DNA of 53,413 nt. It comes from an uncultured bacterium (GTDB lineage Bacteria; Patescibacteriota; Minisyncoccia; Phycocordibacterales; Phycocordibacteraceae). This document shows, one piece after another, positions 36,485 through 45,722 of this stretch (position 1 is the stretch's first letter; every line of letters begins with the position of its first letter). The translations under genes and the position numbers were made by a program. A model generated the notes under the pieces. It worked only from the letters and a program-made list of their open reading frames with translations, was not told the origin of the DNA and ran no database searches. Location of the stretch: contig CAMTYL010000003.1 of assembly GCA_947085985.1 (NCBI GenBank), forward strand, positions 81,826 to 135,238, read 5' to 3'.

Positions 36485-36793
36485 ATGTTTGTTATAAGCA
36501 TCGCGCTCGCCGCCCTCCTCCTTGTGGGAATGGCGCTTGTGGCAGATGGGCTCTATAGCCTTCGCAGTGACGGCCTGCGCACCCGCCCGCTAGTCGGACT
36601 TGTCCTTGGTGCGGCATTCATTATGTTCTCGCTGGGGTGGCTTCTGTCGGCACCGCCCGTCAGGGCTATGGCGACTGAGCCGGCGAGCGTGTCCCCGAGC
36701 GTAGCGCCTGGATACAAGCCCAACTACGACACCCCAGCGCGCAAGCGCTATAAAAAGAAGGAAGGGTTAGAGGTCGGTCGTTATGAGACCTAG
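36485..36793 (+). CDS. Two-TM hypothetical protein (orphan cassette)
   Basis: GAGAGG SD; two hydrophobic segments; hairpin downstream. Confidence 0.7.
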   Translation: MFVISIALAALLLVGMALVADGLYSLRSDGLRTRPLVGLVLGAAFIMFSLGWLLSAPPVRAMATEPASVSPSVAPGYKPNYDTPARKRYKKKEGLEVGRYET

Positions 36794-36879
36794 CCACCAC
36801 CAGGCCGCTCCCCACTGGGGGCGGCCTTTCGCGTAGTTGCTTGCTTTTTTTCCACAAACCGATAGAATACGCAGTATCT

Positions 36880-37209
36880 ATGAATTACGCCGTTATTAAG
36901 ACAGGAGGCAAGCAGTACGTGGTGACCCCAGGCGCTCTCGTTACTATTGAGAAGCTAGGTCGTGGAGCCGCTACACAGGAGGTGAAGAAGGGTGATACCG
37001 TCACCTTCTCTGAGGTGCTTTTGACTGACGACGGCAAGAAGACCACTGTTGGAACTCCTACACTAGAAGGTAAGACCGTCACCGCTACCGTGTACTCAGT
37101 TGGTCGCGCGAAGAAGATTGACGTGGTGAAGTACAAGGCGAAGAGTAACTACCTAAAGCGCCGCGGACATCGACAGCCGGAGATTAAAGTTAAGATCGAT
37201 ACGGTCTAA
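36880..37209 (+). CDS. rplU: 50S ribosomal protein L21
   Basis: YAVIKTGGKQY and RGHRQP motifs. Confidence 0.97.
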   Translation: MNYAVIKTGGKQYVVTPGALVTIEKLGRGAATQEVKKGDTVTFSEVLLTDDGKKTTVGTPTLEGKTVTATVYSVGRAKKIDVVKYKAKSNYLKRRGHRQPEIKVKIDTV

Positions 37210-37302
37210 TACGACAAGCAAAACCCGCCTCACGGCGGGTTTTGACTTTATGACGTACACGACTATGCTTGGAGATAGGCACTGGTCTTGAGAGGAAATA
37301 TC

Positions 37303-37434
37303 ATGCGCGAGAAGGAAACTCCTGCGTTGGTGCTGATCGGCAAGTATGCTGGCATCATGCTCCTGTTCGCAGGCCCCGTCTTTGTAGGATGGGTTGAATT
37401 CCAGGTCTACAGACTCTGGAAACACTTGAAATGA
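37303..37434 (+). CDS. 43-aa single-TM microprotein (orphan cassette)
   Basis: TTGACT-16-TATGCT, GAGAGG SD, MREKETPALVLIGKYAGIMLLFAGPVFVGWVEFQVYRLWKHLK; hairpin GCGGTCGGCT/AGCCGACCGC. Confidence 0.65.
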   Translation: MREKETPALVLIGKYAGIMLLFAGPVFVGWVEFQVYRLWKHLK

Positions 37435-37463
37435 GCGGTCGGCTACAGCCGACCGCGTTTCTG

Positions 37464-38069
37464 TTATGTCTCCTTGCGGTTGTGAAGTGCGCTGGTGAGT
37501 GTGGGGCCGTCCGCGTACTCAAGCTCGCTGCCAGTGGCAAGTCCGCGACCAAGTTCTGAAATCTTAATAGGTCCACGAAGAGGGGAGAGAAGGTCACGCA
37601 CGCGGTCAGCTGTGTGCTCGCCCTCGCTTGTAGCGGAAAGCGCCAGCACAATCTCGGACAAGCCGTTCTTGCTGCGCGCCTCTACGACGCGTATCAAGTC
37701 GCGCTCTCGTATCTGACCCTTTCCAGAGAGGGTAATCACTCCACCCAGCACAAAGTAGCGGCCACGGTATGCGTTCGCGCGCTCCACCGCAAGTAAGTCT
37801 TGGTCCTTCTCAAGCACCATGAGCATGGAGTCGTCGCGCGAGCGGTCGTTGCAGTAGGCACACAGGCCATCTGTTTCGGTTGGCGCAAAGCGCATGCACA
37901 TGGTGCACTGATGAATGTCGTCACTTAGATGCATGACGAGGTCTGAGAGACGCGAGCGGTCAAAAGGACTGGTCTGCAGAAGATGGTACACAAAGCGCCT
38001 GGCCTGACGGGGTCCTATACCAGGAAAGCGTTCAAAGGCGCGGGCGAGGTCTTCAATGCGGTCAGACAT
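37464..38069 (-). CDS. recR: Recombination protein RecR
   Basis: FPGIGPRQARR, C4 zinc finger, YFVLGG and ELEYAD motifs. Confidence 0.96.
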   Translation of the reverse strand: MSDRIEDLARAFERFPGIGPRQARRFVYHLLQTSPFDRSRLSDLVMHLSDDIHQCTMCMRFAPTETDGLCAYCNDRSRDDSMLMVLEKDQDLLAVERANAYRGRYFVLGGVITLSGKGQIRERDLIRVVEARSKNGLSEIVLALSATSEGEHTADRVRDLLSPLRGPIKISELGRGLATGSELEYADGPTLTSALHNRKET

Positions 38070-38092
38070 AGAACTACGTGGTACGACTCTCT

Positions 38093-38228
38093 GGGGTACG
38101 AGTCGTTTTGCCCAGCGGCAAAACGCTCTCACTCTCGCTGCAGCAAATTCCTTCGCAGCCCCTCTTCAGCTCAGGAATTACCATGCTGCTGCAGCTGCGA
38201 GAGCCCCCATAGTTTCGTACCGACTCCG
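38093..38228. repeat. Long imperfect palindromic intergenic element
   Basis: Outer GGTACGA/TCGTACC; side hairpin CGTTTTGCC/GGCAAAACG; CTCGCT-GCAGC...GCTGC inner stem. Confidence 0.6.
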
Positions 38229-38253
38229 TTGTCTGTAAATACATACCAAAGAA

Positions 38254-39618
38254 TTAGAACTCTGAACCCAGGTCGCCATAGCCTGACTTCTCCATAGACA
38301 TAAAGCTCGTGCGCTTGTCGTCAAAGTACAGCTCAACTTTTCCGGTAGGACCATTACGGTGCTTTTCAATCATAATTTCTGCAATGTTCTTTCGGTCACT
38401 TTCCTGATTGGTACGGTCCTCACGGTGAATGAACATAACCACGTCCGCGTCCTGCTCAATGGAACCAGAGTCGCGAAGGTCCGAGAGCCTCGGCTTGCCC
38501 CCGCGCTGTTCCACCGCACGAGAGAGCTGTGAAAGAGCGAGCACCGGCACTTCAAGCTCACGAGCGAGCGACTTGAGTGAGCGAGAGATTTCTGTCACCT
38601 GTTGCACCATGGAGTCCGATGCCTTAGTGGTGGTAGGTGCCATCAGCTGGAGGTAGTCCACGATGATAAGACCGATGCCTTGCTCGCGCTTCAAGCGGCG
38701 AGCTACCGCGCGCATGGAGAGAATATTGTTACCTGGCTTGTCGTCAATATAGATAGGAGCCTTGGACAGACTCTCAAGTGCGTCGCGAATACGGCTGAAG
38801 TCCTGCTCGTCGTTCACCGCACCGGTGCGAATCTTCCAGGAATTAACATAGCTCTCTGCGGAAAGCATACGGTCAATAATTTGCTCCGAGCTCATTTCAA
38901 GCGAGAAGATGCCCACGGGGGTGTTGTGACGAATGGCCGTGTTACGGGCAATATCAAGCGCAAAGGACGTCTTACCCACAGATGGGCGAGCGGCAAGAAT
39001 AATAAGGTCGGAAGGGTGAAGACCCGAGAGGAGATTATCAAGCTCAGGGAATCCCGTTGGGGTACCGCGCACCACGTCCTGGTTCTTGGACATGTGTTCA
39101 ATGCGGTCCCACGTAGCGTCCAGCTTGTCCTTAATAGCTACAAACTTGTGACTGGTGGAAGAGTTTGAAATGGCGAACACCGACTTCTCCGCAGTATCAA
39201 GTACTTCAATTGGGTCGCGCGCCTCGTCGTAGGCAGACTCCGTGATGTCGTAGGTGACATCAATGAGTGAGCGCATGAGGTGCTTGCGAGACACCAGGTC
39301 CGCGTAGTGACTAAAGTTTCCCGGAGAGGGCGCTTGGCCGGCAAGCTCAGCAATGTAGGCGCGGCCACCTACGCGTTCAAGCAGACTCTTTGCTTGCAAG
39401 CGTTCGCCGAGCGAGAGCATATCAATAGGCTCACCACGCTCAGTAAGCTCACGCATCGCCTCATAGATGAGGCGGTGCTTTTCTGCGTAGAAGGAGTCCG
39501 GCTTTACCAAGTCGGAGATATCATGAATCGCGTCCGGCTTTAAAAGAAGTGCGCCAAGGAGTGCACGCTCCGCGTCTAGGCTTTGTGGGGGGATGCGATT
39601 TACCGGAGTATTACTCAT
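38254..39618 (-). CDS. dnaB: Replicative DNA helicase
   Basis: AARPSVGKT, FSLEMS, VDYLQL and SDLRDSGSIEQDAD motifs. Confidence 0.98.
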   Translation of the reverse strand: MSNTPVNRIPPQSLDAERALLGALLLKPDAIHDISDLVKPDSFYAEKHRLIYEAMRELTERGEPIDMLSLGERLQAKSLLERVGGRAYIAELAGQAPSPGNFSHYADLVSRKHLMRSLIDVTYDITESAYDEARDPIEVLDTAEKSVFAISNSSTSHKFVAIKDKLDATWDRIEHMSKNQDVVRGTPTGFPELDNLLSGLHPSDLIILAARPSVGKTSFALDIARNTAIRHNTPVGIFSLEMSSEQIIDRMLSAESYVNSWKIRTGAVNDEQDFSRIRDALESLSKAPIYIDDKPGNNILSMRAVARRLKREQGIGLIIVDYLQLMAPTTTKASDSMVQQVTEISRSLKSLARELEVPVLALSQLSRAVEQRGGKPRLSDLRDSGSIEQDADVVMFIHREDRTNQESDRKNIAEIMIEKHRNGPTGKVELYFDDKRTSFMSMEKSGYGDLGSEF

Positions 39619-39630
39619 ACTCCTAGTCTA

Positions 39631-41106
39631 TCAACCTCGCACCCGGGTGACCACCGTCCCAGAAGGTGAGTCTTCCACATGATATCCCCTGTTTTGGATG
39701 TGGATACGAAGCTCGTCCGAGCGGGCAAAATCCTGAGCAAGCCTTGCGGTATCACGCTCTGTCACCAAAGCCTGTATATCCTCTGGAAGAGGTAGGAGTG
39801 CGGGAAGTGCGGGCGGGGTACATAGGCGTAGCCCAAAAAGCTCGTCGGCAATGCACACCGTGTCCCACACCTGAGCAGGAGGAATCTCATCGTCTTTCAG
39901 TGCTTCCCACAAGAGCGCGAGCGCTTGGGGAGTGCCTACGTCGTCGCGGGTGAGTGCGATTATTCGTCTGCTTGTCTCGCTCGCCGCTCGCCGTTCGCCC
40001 GAAAGTGCGCGCGCATCGCGACACAATCGCCAGAGCCTGCGAAGCGCCTCGTCACTTGCTGCAAGCGCGTCCCATGTAAAGGATAGGCTTGTGCGGTAGT
40101 GCGCCTGTAAAAAGAGATACCGAAGTGCAAGAGGGTGGTACCCGCGGTCTGCTATGTCAGAGAGGTACACATCGTTGCCCAGTGACTTTGATACCTTGGT
40201 GCCGTCAACGGTGAGGAACGCCTGATGTAGCCAGTAGCGAGCAAGGGGAGTGCCGTAGGCAGCTTGTGATTGGGCAATCTCGTTGGTGTGATGCACAGGG
40301 ATGTGGTCAATGCCACCCGTATGAATATCTACCGGCTGTCCAAGAAGCGCGCGCGCCATAGCGGAGCACTCCACATGCCACCCTGGAAAGCCTACACCCC
40401 AGGGACTCTGCCACTGCTGAAGTCGAGAGCCGCTGCCAGTACTAAAGCGCCACAGTGCAAAGTCCGCAGGCGCATGCTTCTCCTTGTTGAGGGTGATGCG
40501 TCGCCCTAAGTCTGCTACTGCTGTTTCTTTGGTGTGGGGCGGATGGTGCGCGTCAAATGCTCCATACTCAGCAAACTTACCAGTATCAAAGTACACACCG
40601 TCACTTGTTTTGTAGGCATAGCCCTTCTTCTCTAGTAGTTGGGTGAGTGCGATTTGCTCCTGGATGTACTCCGTGGCTTTTGGAAAGCGAATATCGTCAA
40701 CATCAACGCCAAGGAGTACGAGGTCCGTCAAAAATAGGTTGGTGTATTTGGATGCAATGTCCTCTGCAGACAGCCCTTCTCGGGTAGCGCCTACCTGCAT
40801 CTTGTCCTCTCCCTCGTCTGCGTCCGCGACAAGATGCCCGACATCGGTGATGTTTATAACCCGCCGCACACGATAGTTTGCCTGGGTGAGGATGCGGGAA
40901 ATAGTGTCTGCAAATACGTACGCGCGCAGGTTTCCAATCTGCGCTTTTGAATAGACGGTTGGACCGCAGGAATAGAGCGTGGCCACACCAGCCTTGTATG
41001 GGGTAAATATTTCCTTTTTACCGGTTAGGGTGTTGGTGAGTAGGACGGGCGCGTTACTTGTCGTTACTGAGTCTTTGCGCCGCCACAATGCAGGAAACCA
41101 TTTCAT
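39631..41106 (-). CDS. cysS: Cysteine--tRNA ligase
   Basis: CGPTVY, NITDVGH, GFPGWHVECSAM, HHTNE and KVSKS motifs. Confidence 0.96.
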   Translation of the reverse strand: MKWFPALWRRKDSVTTSNAPVLLTNTLTGKKEIFTPYKAGVATLYSCGPTVYSKAQIGNLRAYVFADTISRILTQANYRVRRVINITDVGHLVADADEGEDKMQVGATREGLSAEDIASKYTNLFLTDLVLLGVDVDDIRFPKATEYIQEQIALTQLLEKKGYAYKTSDGVYFDTGKFAEYGAFDAHHPPHTKETAVADLGRRITLNKEKHAPADFALWRFSTGSGSRLQQWQSPWGVGFPGWHVECSAMARALLGQPVDIHTGGIDHIPVHHTNEIAQSQAAYGTPLARYWLHQAFLTVDGTKVSKSLGNDVYLSDIADRGYHPLALRYLFLQAHYRTSLSFTWDALAASDEALRRLWRLCRDARALSGERRAASETSRRIIALTRDDVGTPQALALLWEALKDDEIPPAQVWDTVCIADELFGLRLCTPPALPALLPLPEDIQALVTERDTARLAQDFARSDELRIHIQNRGYHVEDSPSGTVVTRVRG

Positions 41107-41125
41107 GCGCTAACTATACCAAGAC

Positions 41126-42043
41126 TTACAGCCATTTCTTAATTCTAAAGAAGGTGAAGAAACTAAGTGCCAACGCAATCATAATGCCAATTATTATCCA
41201 GAAGTCATGCGGGAGGCCCACAAGGGGAAGCATGTCGGTGTTCATACCAAAAATACTTGAAACCAAGGTGAGCGGGAACGTGACAAAGGCCATAATGGTG
41301 AGTGTCTTCATCACTTCGTTTTGCCCCGAGGAGAGGAGGGAGTCGTTGGTAATGCGAAGCTCGCTCGCCACCGCTCGGTAGGACGCGACAATTGCTGCGG
41401 CGTGGGCTCGCTCAGCTTCTATGCGGGACGCACGCTCTCCAAACGTCTTTCCAAAAAAAGCAGCAGTCTGTAGCTCGCCAAGGAACTGCGCAAGGGTCTC
41501 TCTGTGTCGCGCCAAAACAGTATCAAACCGGAGAAGTATACGACTGACTTCGGAAATCTTTCTGACCGTTACGCGCTCCTTTCCTGCGAATATATCGTCC
41601 TCAATCCTCTCGAGCATGCGTAACAGCTGTTCAGCTTCGCCACTTATGGCGGTGTATAGTCGCCGTAAAATTTGCTCTAGAAGTACCTGCGTAGAGAACG
41701 TGGTGCTGTGAGTGGCCAAAAGCTCCTCAGCCTCAAATACTCTATGGAGACTATGGAGAGACTGAACAACCTCATATCGCACCGTAACGAGGAAATTCTT
41801 ACCAACGATGAAGTCCACCTCCTGCGCGCGTGCCACCTCACTACGTTCAATCGTGGGAAAATGGAGCACCATGAACTCGTACTCAGGGAAGGTAATACTG
41901 ATGGGGTAGGGAGTTGGCGTGATTATCTCCTCTTCAATGCGGGAGTTAATATCAAACTCACTCATGACGTTACTTAGCTCCTCGTGGGTAGGAGATTCAA
42001 GGTCAATCCAGGTAACCTTGCCGCGGGTGTGTCGGGTCATCAT
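41126..42043 (-). CDS. corA: CorA family divalent cation transporter
   Basis: WIDL, NEVMKTLT and FGMN motifs; two C-terminal TMs. Confidence 0.92.
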   Translation of the reverse strand: MMTRHTRGKVTWIDLESPTHEELSNVMSEFDINSRIEEEIITPTPYPISITFPEYEFMVLHFPTIERSEVARAQEVDFIVGKNFLVTVRYEVVQSLHSLHRVFEAEELLATHSTTFSTQVLLEQILRRLYTAISGEAEQLLRMLERIEDDIFAGKERVTVRKISEVSRILLRFDTVLARHRETLAQFLGELQTAAFFGKTFGERASRIEAERAHAAAIVASYRAVASELRITNDSLLSSGQNEVMKTLTIMAFVTFPLTLVSSIFGMNTDMLPLVGLPHDFWIIIGIMIALALSFFTFFRIKKWL

Positions 42044-42134
42044 GCTTCACACAGTATAGCCTGCACCGCGTGTGTAGGACGGGCATTACTCACAGTATAG
42101 AAAAGTATCTCTCGGTGGTAGTATGGGTATATCT

Positions 42135-43436
42135 ATGGAGCGCGATCCACACTTGGTAGACGAGGAACAGCTTACCGACGAAGCCACAGCGTCGTCTCGG
42201 TCGCGTACGCGCGTGCCGCACATTGTGCGTACAGCGGCAGTGCTTGCGCTCGTACTCGTGGTTGGGTTTGCAGGCGGGCTAAAAGTTGGAGCAACGGGGG
42301 GTGCGTATTCACTTTCAAACATTCCGCTCATTGGAGACTCGCTCGACGCGACTCCAGACCCAACCGCGGACTTCAATGCATTTTGGAAGGCCTGGAACGC
42401 GCTTGACGCTCGGTTTGTACAAACGCATGGCTCTACCACAGCGCCAACGACTAAGGAGAAACTGTGGGGAGCGATTGCTGGTATGGCAGAGTCGTTTGGC
42501 GACCCGTACACCGTATTCATGCCGCCACAGGAAGCACAGGCATTCCAGGAGACCATCTCAGGTGAGTTTGGTGGCGTGGGTATGGAAATGGGCATCAAAG
42601 ACAAAGCACTCACTATCATTGCGCCGCTTAAGGGGACACCAGCAGAGCGCGCGGGGCTTAGAGCGGGCGACGTGATTATTGGCATTAACGGCACATCCAC
42701 TGACGGCATCACCATTGATGGCGCGGTAAAGCAGATTCGTGGAAAGAAGGGAACGTCAGTGGAGCTCAAGGTCATGCGGGATGGGGCAGTGCTTGATATT
42801 ACGGTAGTGCGCGACACCATTGCGGTACCTACTATTGAGCACAAGTATGACGCTGCAACTGGCGTGTTTACCATCTCTATCTACGAGTTCACCGCCACAT
42901 CAAGTGGACTGTTTGATAAGGCGCTTGCAGCGTATAGAACTTCCGGCTCACGTCTGCTGCTTATTGACGTACGTGGCAACCCAGGCGGCTACCTATCCTC
43001 GGCGGTATCCATGGCAAGTCACTTCTTGCCAGACGGCACACTTATCGTCACTGAAGATTTCAATGGTAAAGAGACAAACACCGAGCATCGCAGTCGGGGT
43101 ACGGGCGGCATACCTGCGGGATCCAAGGTGGTGGTGCTTATAGATAAAGGCTCGGCGTCAGCCTCTGAGATTCTTGCGGGTGCGCTGAAGGATGGAAAAG
43201 TGGCAACGCTTGTGGGTACCCGCTCATTTGGAAAGGGCTCGGTGCAAGAGTTGATTGATATTGATGGGGGAGCGCTCAAGGTGACCATTGCGCGCTGGCT
43301 CACCCCAAGCGGCAAGTCCATCTCTGATGGGGGACTGGCTCCAGATATTGAAGTAGAGCGCACAGCGGACGACTTCAAGGCAGGGAAGGACCCGCAGATG
43401 GCACGTGCTATAGAGTTTCTTACAAAAGGGAAGTAG
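42135..43436 (+). CDS. ctpA: S41 carboxyl-terminal processing protease
   Basis: DPYT, PDZ, DVRGNPGG, SASASEI and SFGKGSVQ motifs. Confidence 0.93.
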   Translation: MERDPHLVDEEQLTDEATASSRSRTRVPHIVRTAAVLALVLVVGFAGGLKVGATGGAYSLSNIPLIGDSLDATPDPTADFNAFWKAWNALDARFVQTHGSTTAPTTKEKLWGAIAGMAESFGDPYTVFMPPQEAQAFQETISGEFGGVGMEMGIKDKALTIIAPLKGTPAERAGLRAGDVIIGINGTSTDGITIDGAVKQIRGKKGTSVELKVMRDGAVLDITVVRDTIAVPTIEHKYDAATGVFTISIYEFTATSSGLFDKALAAYRTSGSRLLLIDVRGNPGGYLSSAVSMASHFLPDGTLIVTEDFNGKETNTEHRSRGTGGIPAGSKVVVLIDKGSASASEILAGALKDGKVATLVGTRSFGKGSVQELIDIDGGALKVTIARWLTPSGKSISDGGLAPDIEVERTADDFKAGKDPQMARAIEFLTKGK

Positions 43437-43442
43437 TCGCTC

Positions 43443-43595
43443 GTGTGCGAAATGATGCGCAGCCCGTCCTACAGGGCGTCGCACTGCATTGTCGCCTCGC
43501 TACGAAAAATAGAAGAGCGCTGCGCTAAATCTATTTTTCTACTCGGCTTCGTGCAGTGCAGACTGCTTTCGGTTTAGCGCATTATTTCTGCACAC
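43443..43595. repeat. Long imperfect palindromic intergenic element
   Basis: GTGTGCGAAATGATGCGC/GCGCATTATTTCTGCACAC outer stem; GCACTGCA/TGCAGTGC middle stem; GAAAAATAGA/TCTATTTTTC inner stem. Confidence 0.75.
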
Positions 43596-43693
43596 TCGCT
43601 CCTTAAGTGAAAGGGAGTCCTTATAGGTAATAGAAAAAGGGCGGACATCTCGGTGGATGTCCGCCCTTTCGCGACGGGGTGTCGCTTGCGCCG

Positions 43694-44098
43694 CTACTTG
43701 ACGGCGGTCGCCGGGTTGTAGGCGGTGACCGGCGGCTCGTCCGGGATGAACTCGCAGGTGTTGCCCAGGACGTAGCGGTCCCGGGTGCAGGCGGTCGACA
43801 CCGTCACGGGCTGGCCACTGTATGCGTTGTAGAGTCGGTTCATGGTGATCCGATACTCCTCCATCGCACTGTCCCCCGCGGTCTTCACCTGGAGACGACC
43901 TTCGCAGGGCGACTGCCCGTTGCAGAGGCCAGCGACGAACGCCTCGGTGCGTTCACTGGCGAGGTCAGCCTGGATCGTGTACGGATCCGGCGAATCTCCG
44001 AGACCGGCGAAGGTGATTCCGCCGATGACGAAGCCCGCCACGAGGGCGGCACCTCCGATGATCAGCAACGGGCTGGGGTTACGCTTTTGGTCGCTCAT
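43694..44098 (-). CDS. Membrane-anchored Cys-containing hypothetical protein (orphan cassette)
   Basis: TTGACA-18-TACAGT, GGGAG SD, terminator at 43634-43669. Confidence 0.75.
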   Translation of the reverse strand: MSDQKRNPSPLLIIGGAALVAGFVIGGITFAGLGDSPDPYTIQADLASERTEAFVAGLCNGQSPCEGRLQVKTAGDSAMEEYRITMNRLYNAYSGQPVTVSTACTRDRYVLGNTCEFIPDEPPVTAYNPATAVK

Positions 44099-44206
44099 GT
44101 TTATCTCCCATAGAGCATTGCACTTCATGCATACTGTATCACACATAGTGTCACTTTGTCAAGTATGCGTTGCGCAATACGTATATAAACGCTAGGATAG
44201 GGCTAT

Positions 44207-44632
44207 ATGAAAGTCGTACTACTAAAAGACGTGAAGAACACGGGCCGGGCAGGGGCGGTTATTGAGTGCTCGGACGGTCACGCACAGAACATGCTTATTC
44301 CTCGCGGTCTTGCGGTGGTTGCTACCCCAGCAAACATTAAGATTGCCGAGAGTCGTGCAAAGCAGTATCAGGACCGCAAGGAGCTTGATGTAAGGCTTAT
44401 TGAAAGCCGTTTGAACGCACTTGCTGAAGGGCGCATCGTGATTGTAAAGAAGGCAAACGAGCAGGGTCACCTGTACGACGGGGTAGACGCTGCTGAGATT
44501 GCGGCTGCTACCGACCTTCCAGTAGAGGCTATCAAGCTTGAGAAGCCTATTAAGGATTTGGGAGAGTTTGCAGTGCCGGTTGCAATGGGACCAAACTTCG
44601 GCAGCATCATTATTTTCATTGAGGCTGAGTAG
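44207..44632 (+). CDS. rplI: 50S ribosomal protein L9
   Basis: MKVVLLKDVKNTG...DGHAQNMLIP...GHLYDGV...PIKDLG. Confidence 0.95.
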   Translation: MKVVLLKDVKNTGRAGAVIECSDGHAQNMLIPRGLAVVATPANIKIAESRAKQYQDRKELDVRLIESRLNALAEGRIVIVKKANEQGHLYDGVDAAEIAAATDLPVEAIKLEKPIKDLGEFAVPVAMGPNFGSIIIFIEAE

Positions 44633-44845
44633 TAGTTGGGCATATAGAAATGATGAAAGGCGACCCAGTGGGTCGCCTTTTAGTTTTGCTTGTGTGCACA
44701 GGACCGAAGTCCTGCGTGACGTGCAGAGCTAATCCTCTACGCTCAACCCTTACGGGGAGCCCTCAATCCGATTGAGGTGTGGGCGCTACATATGCAGGTC
44801 TGAAGCGGGTGGTAGTAGAAGTGCCAGAAGGTCGGTCCGTTGGAC

Positions 44846-45583
44846 CTACTTCTTGAGGCCCTTCAGGAAAGCCGGAATTTCCGGCTCGGTCTTGGGGGCC
44901 GGCGTGGTCGGGGGCTCGATGTCCGCGTCGCCCAGGGGCGGCGTGGGGACTTCGGGCTGGGCCGCCTTCTTGGAGCGTTCAAGGTCCAACTCGAACTTGG
45001 TCTTCCGCTGAGCGACTTGCGCCTTGCGCAGCTTGCTGGACAGCCAGAGCGCAAAGAGCACGGCTGCAGCAGTCGCGATGGCCAGCAGCACAACCACACT
45101 CGTGGCCGAACCCTCCTTGTCCTTGCCGGTGTCGAGCTCACCCTTGTAGGCCGCGGCGCGGTCCTTCCAGGCGGTACCGTCCGACACGAAGCCGGAGGTG
45201 CGGTCGCGTGCGTTGATCGTCTCGTAGGCCAGGCCTTCGAGACGCTTCACTTCGCGCTTCAGGGCGCCGTTTGCGGCCTCGAGGTCCGCGACCTTGGTGT
45301 CCGCGACCGCAGGGGCAGCAGACAGGGTCTTGCAGTAGTTCCAGAGCGAGCCGCCCTCGGGCAGAACGATCTGGGACTTCCCGAAGGGTTTGTTGGCGGG
45401 AAGGTTGCGAGCTTGCGCCTCCTTCTGCTCCAGGGTGCCCTTGAATGGCTCTTCGGCGAAGCGCTGGTCCACGCAGGCGCGGACTTCGGCGGGGGGCTTG
45501 GCGAAGGCGTTGGGGACATTGCCCCCGAACGCCAGCATCACGACGAGCGCGATGAGCGCCCAGACTTTCGTCATGAAGGTCAT
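44846..45583 (-). CDS. Secreted/membrane-anchored coiled-coil hypothetical protein (orphan cassette)
   Basis: TTGACT-17-TATACT, AAGGA SD, signal peptide plus internal TM, visibly GC-rich codons. Confidence 0.8.
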   Translation of the reverse strand: MTFMTKVWALIALVVMLAFGGNVPNAFAKPPAEVRACVDQRFAEEPFKGTLEQKEAQARNLPANKPFGKSQIVLPEGGSLWNYCKTLSAAPAVADTKVADLEAANGALKREVKRLEGLAYETINARDRTSGFVSDGTAWKDRAAAYKGELDTGKDKEGSATSVVVLLAIATAAAVLFALWLSSKLRKAQVAQRKTKFELDLERSKKAAQPEVPTPPLGDADIEPPTTPAPKTEPEIPAFLKGLKK

Positions 45584-45722
45584 GACATTGTTCCTTCTTC
45601 TACGGTGATGTGCTTAAGGTCCTGTCGGCGGGATGCCGGTGACCTAACATATACAGTATAGCACCACAACACAGAAAAGTCAAGAGCCCCAAACGGGGCT
45701 CTTGATGCACAAAACGTAGGAG

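Noticed and set aside
44840-45661. 273-aa + strand ORF (also 43679-44113 and 49365-49796)
   Set aside because: Antisense shadows of GC-rich minus-strand genes that have promoter, SD and terminator.
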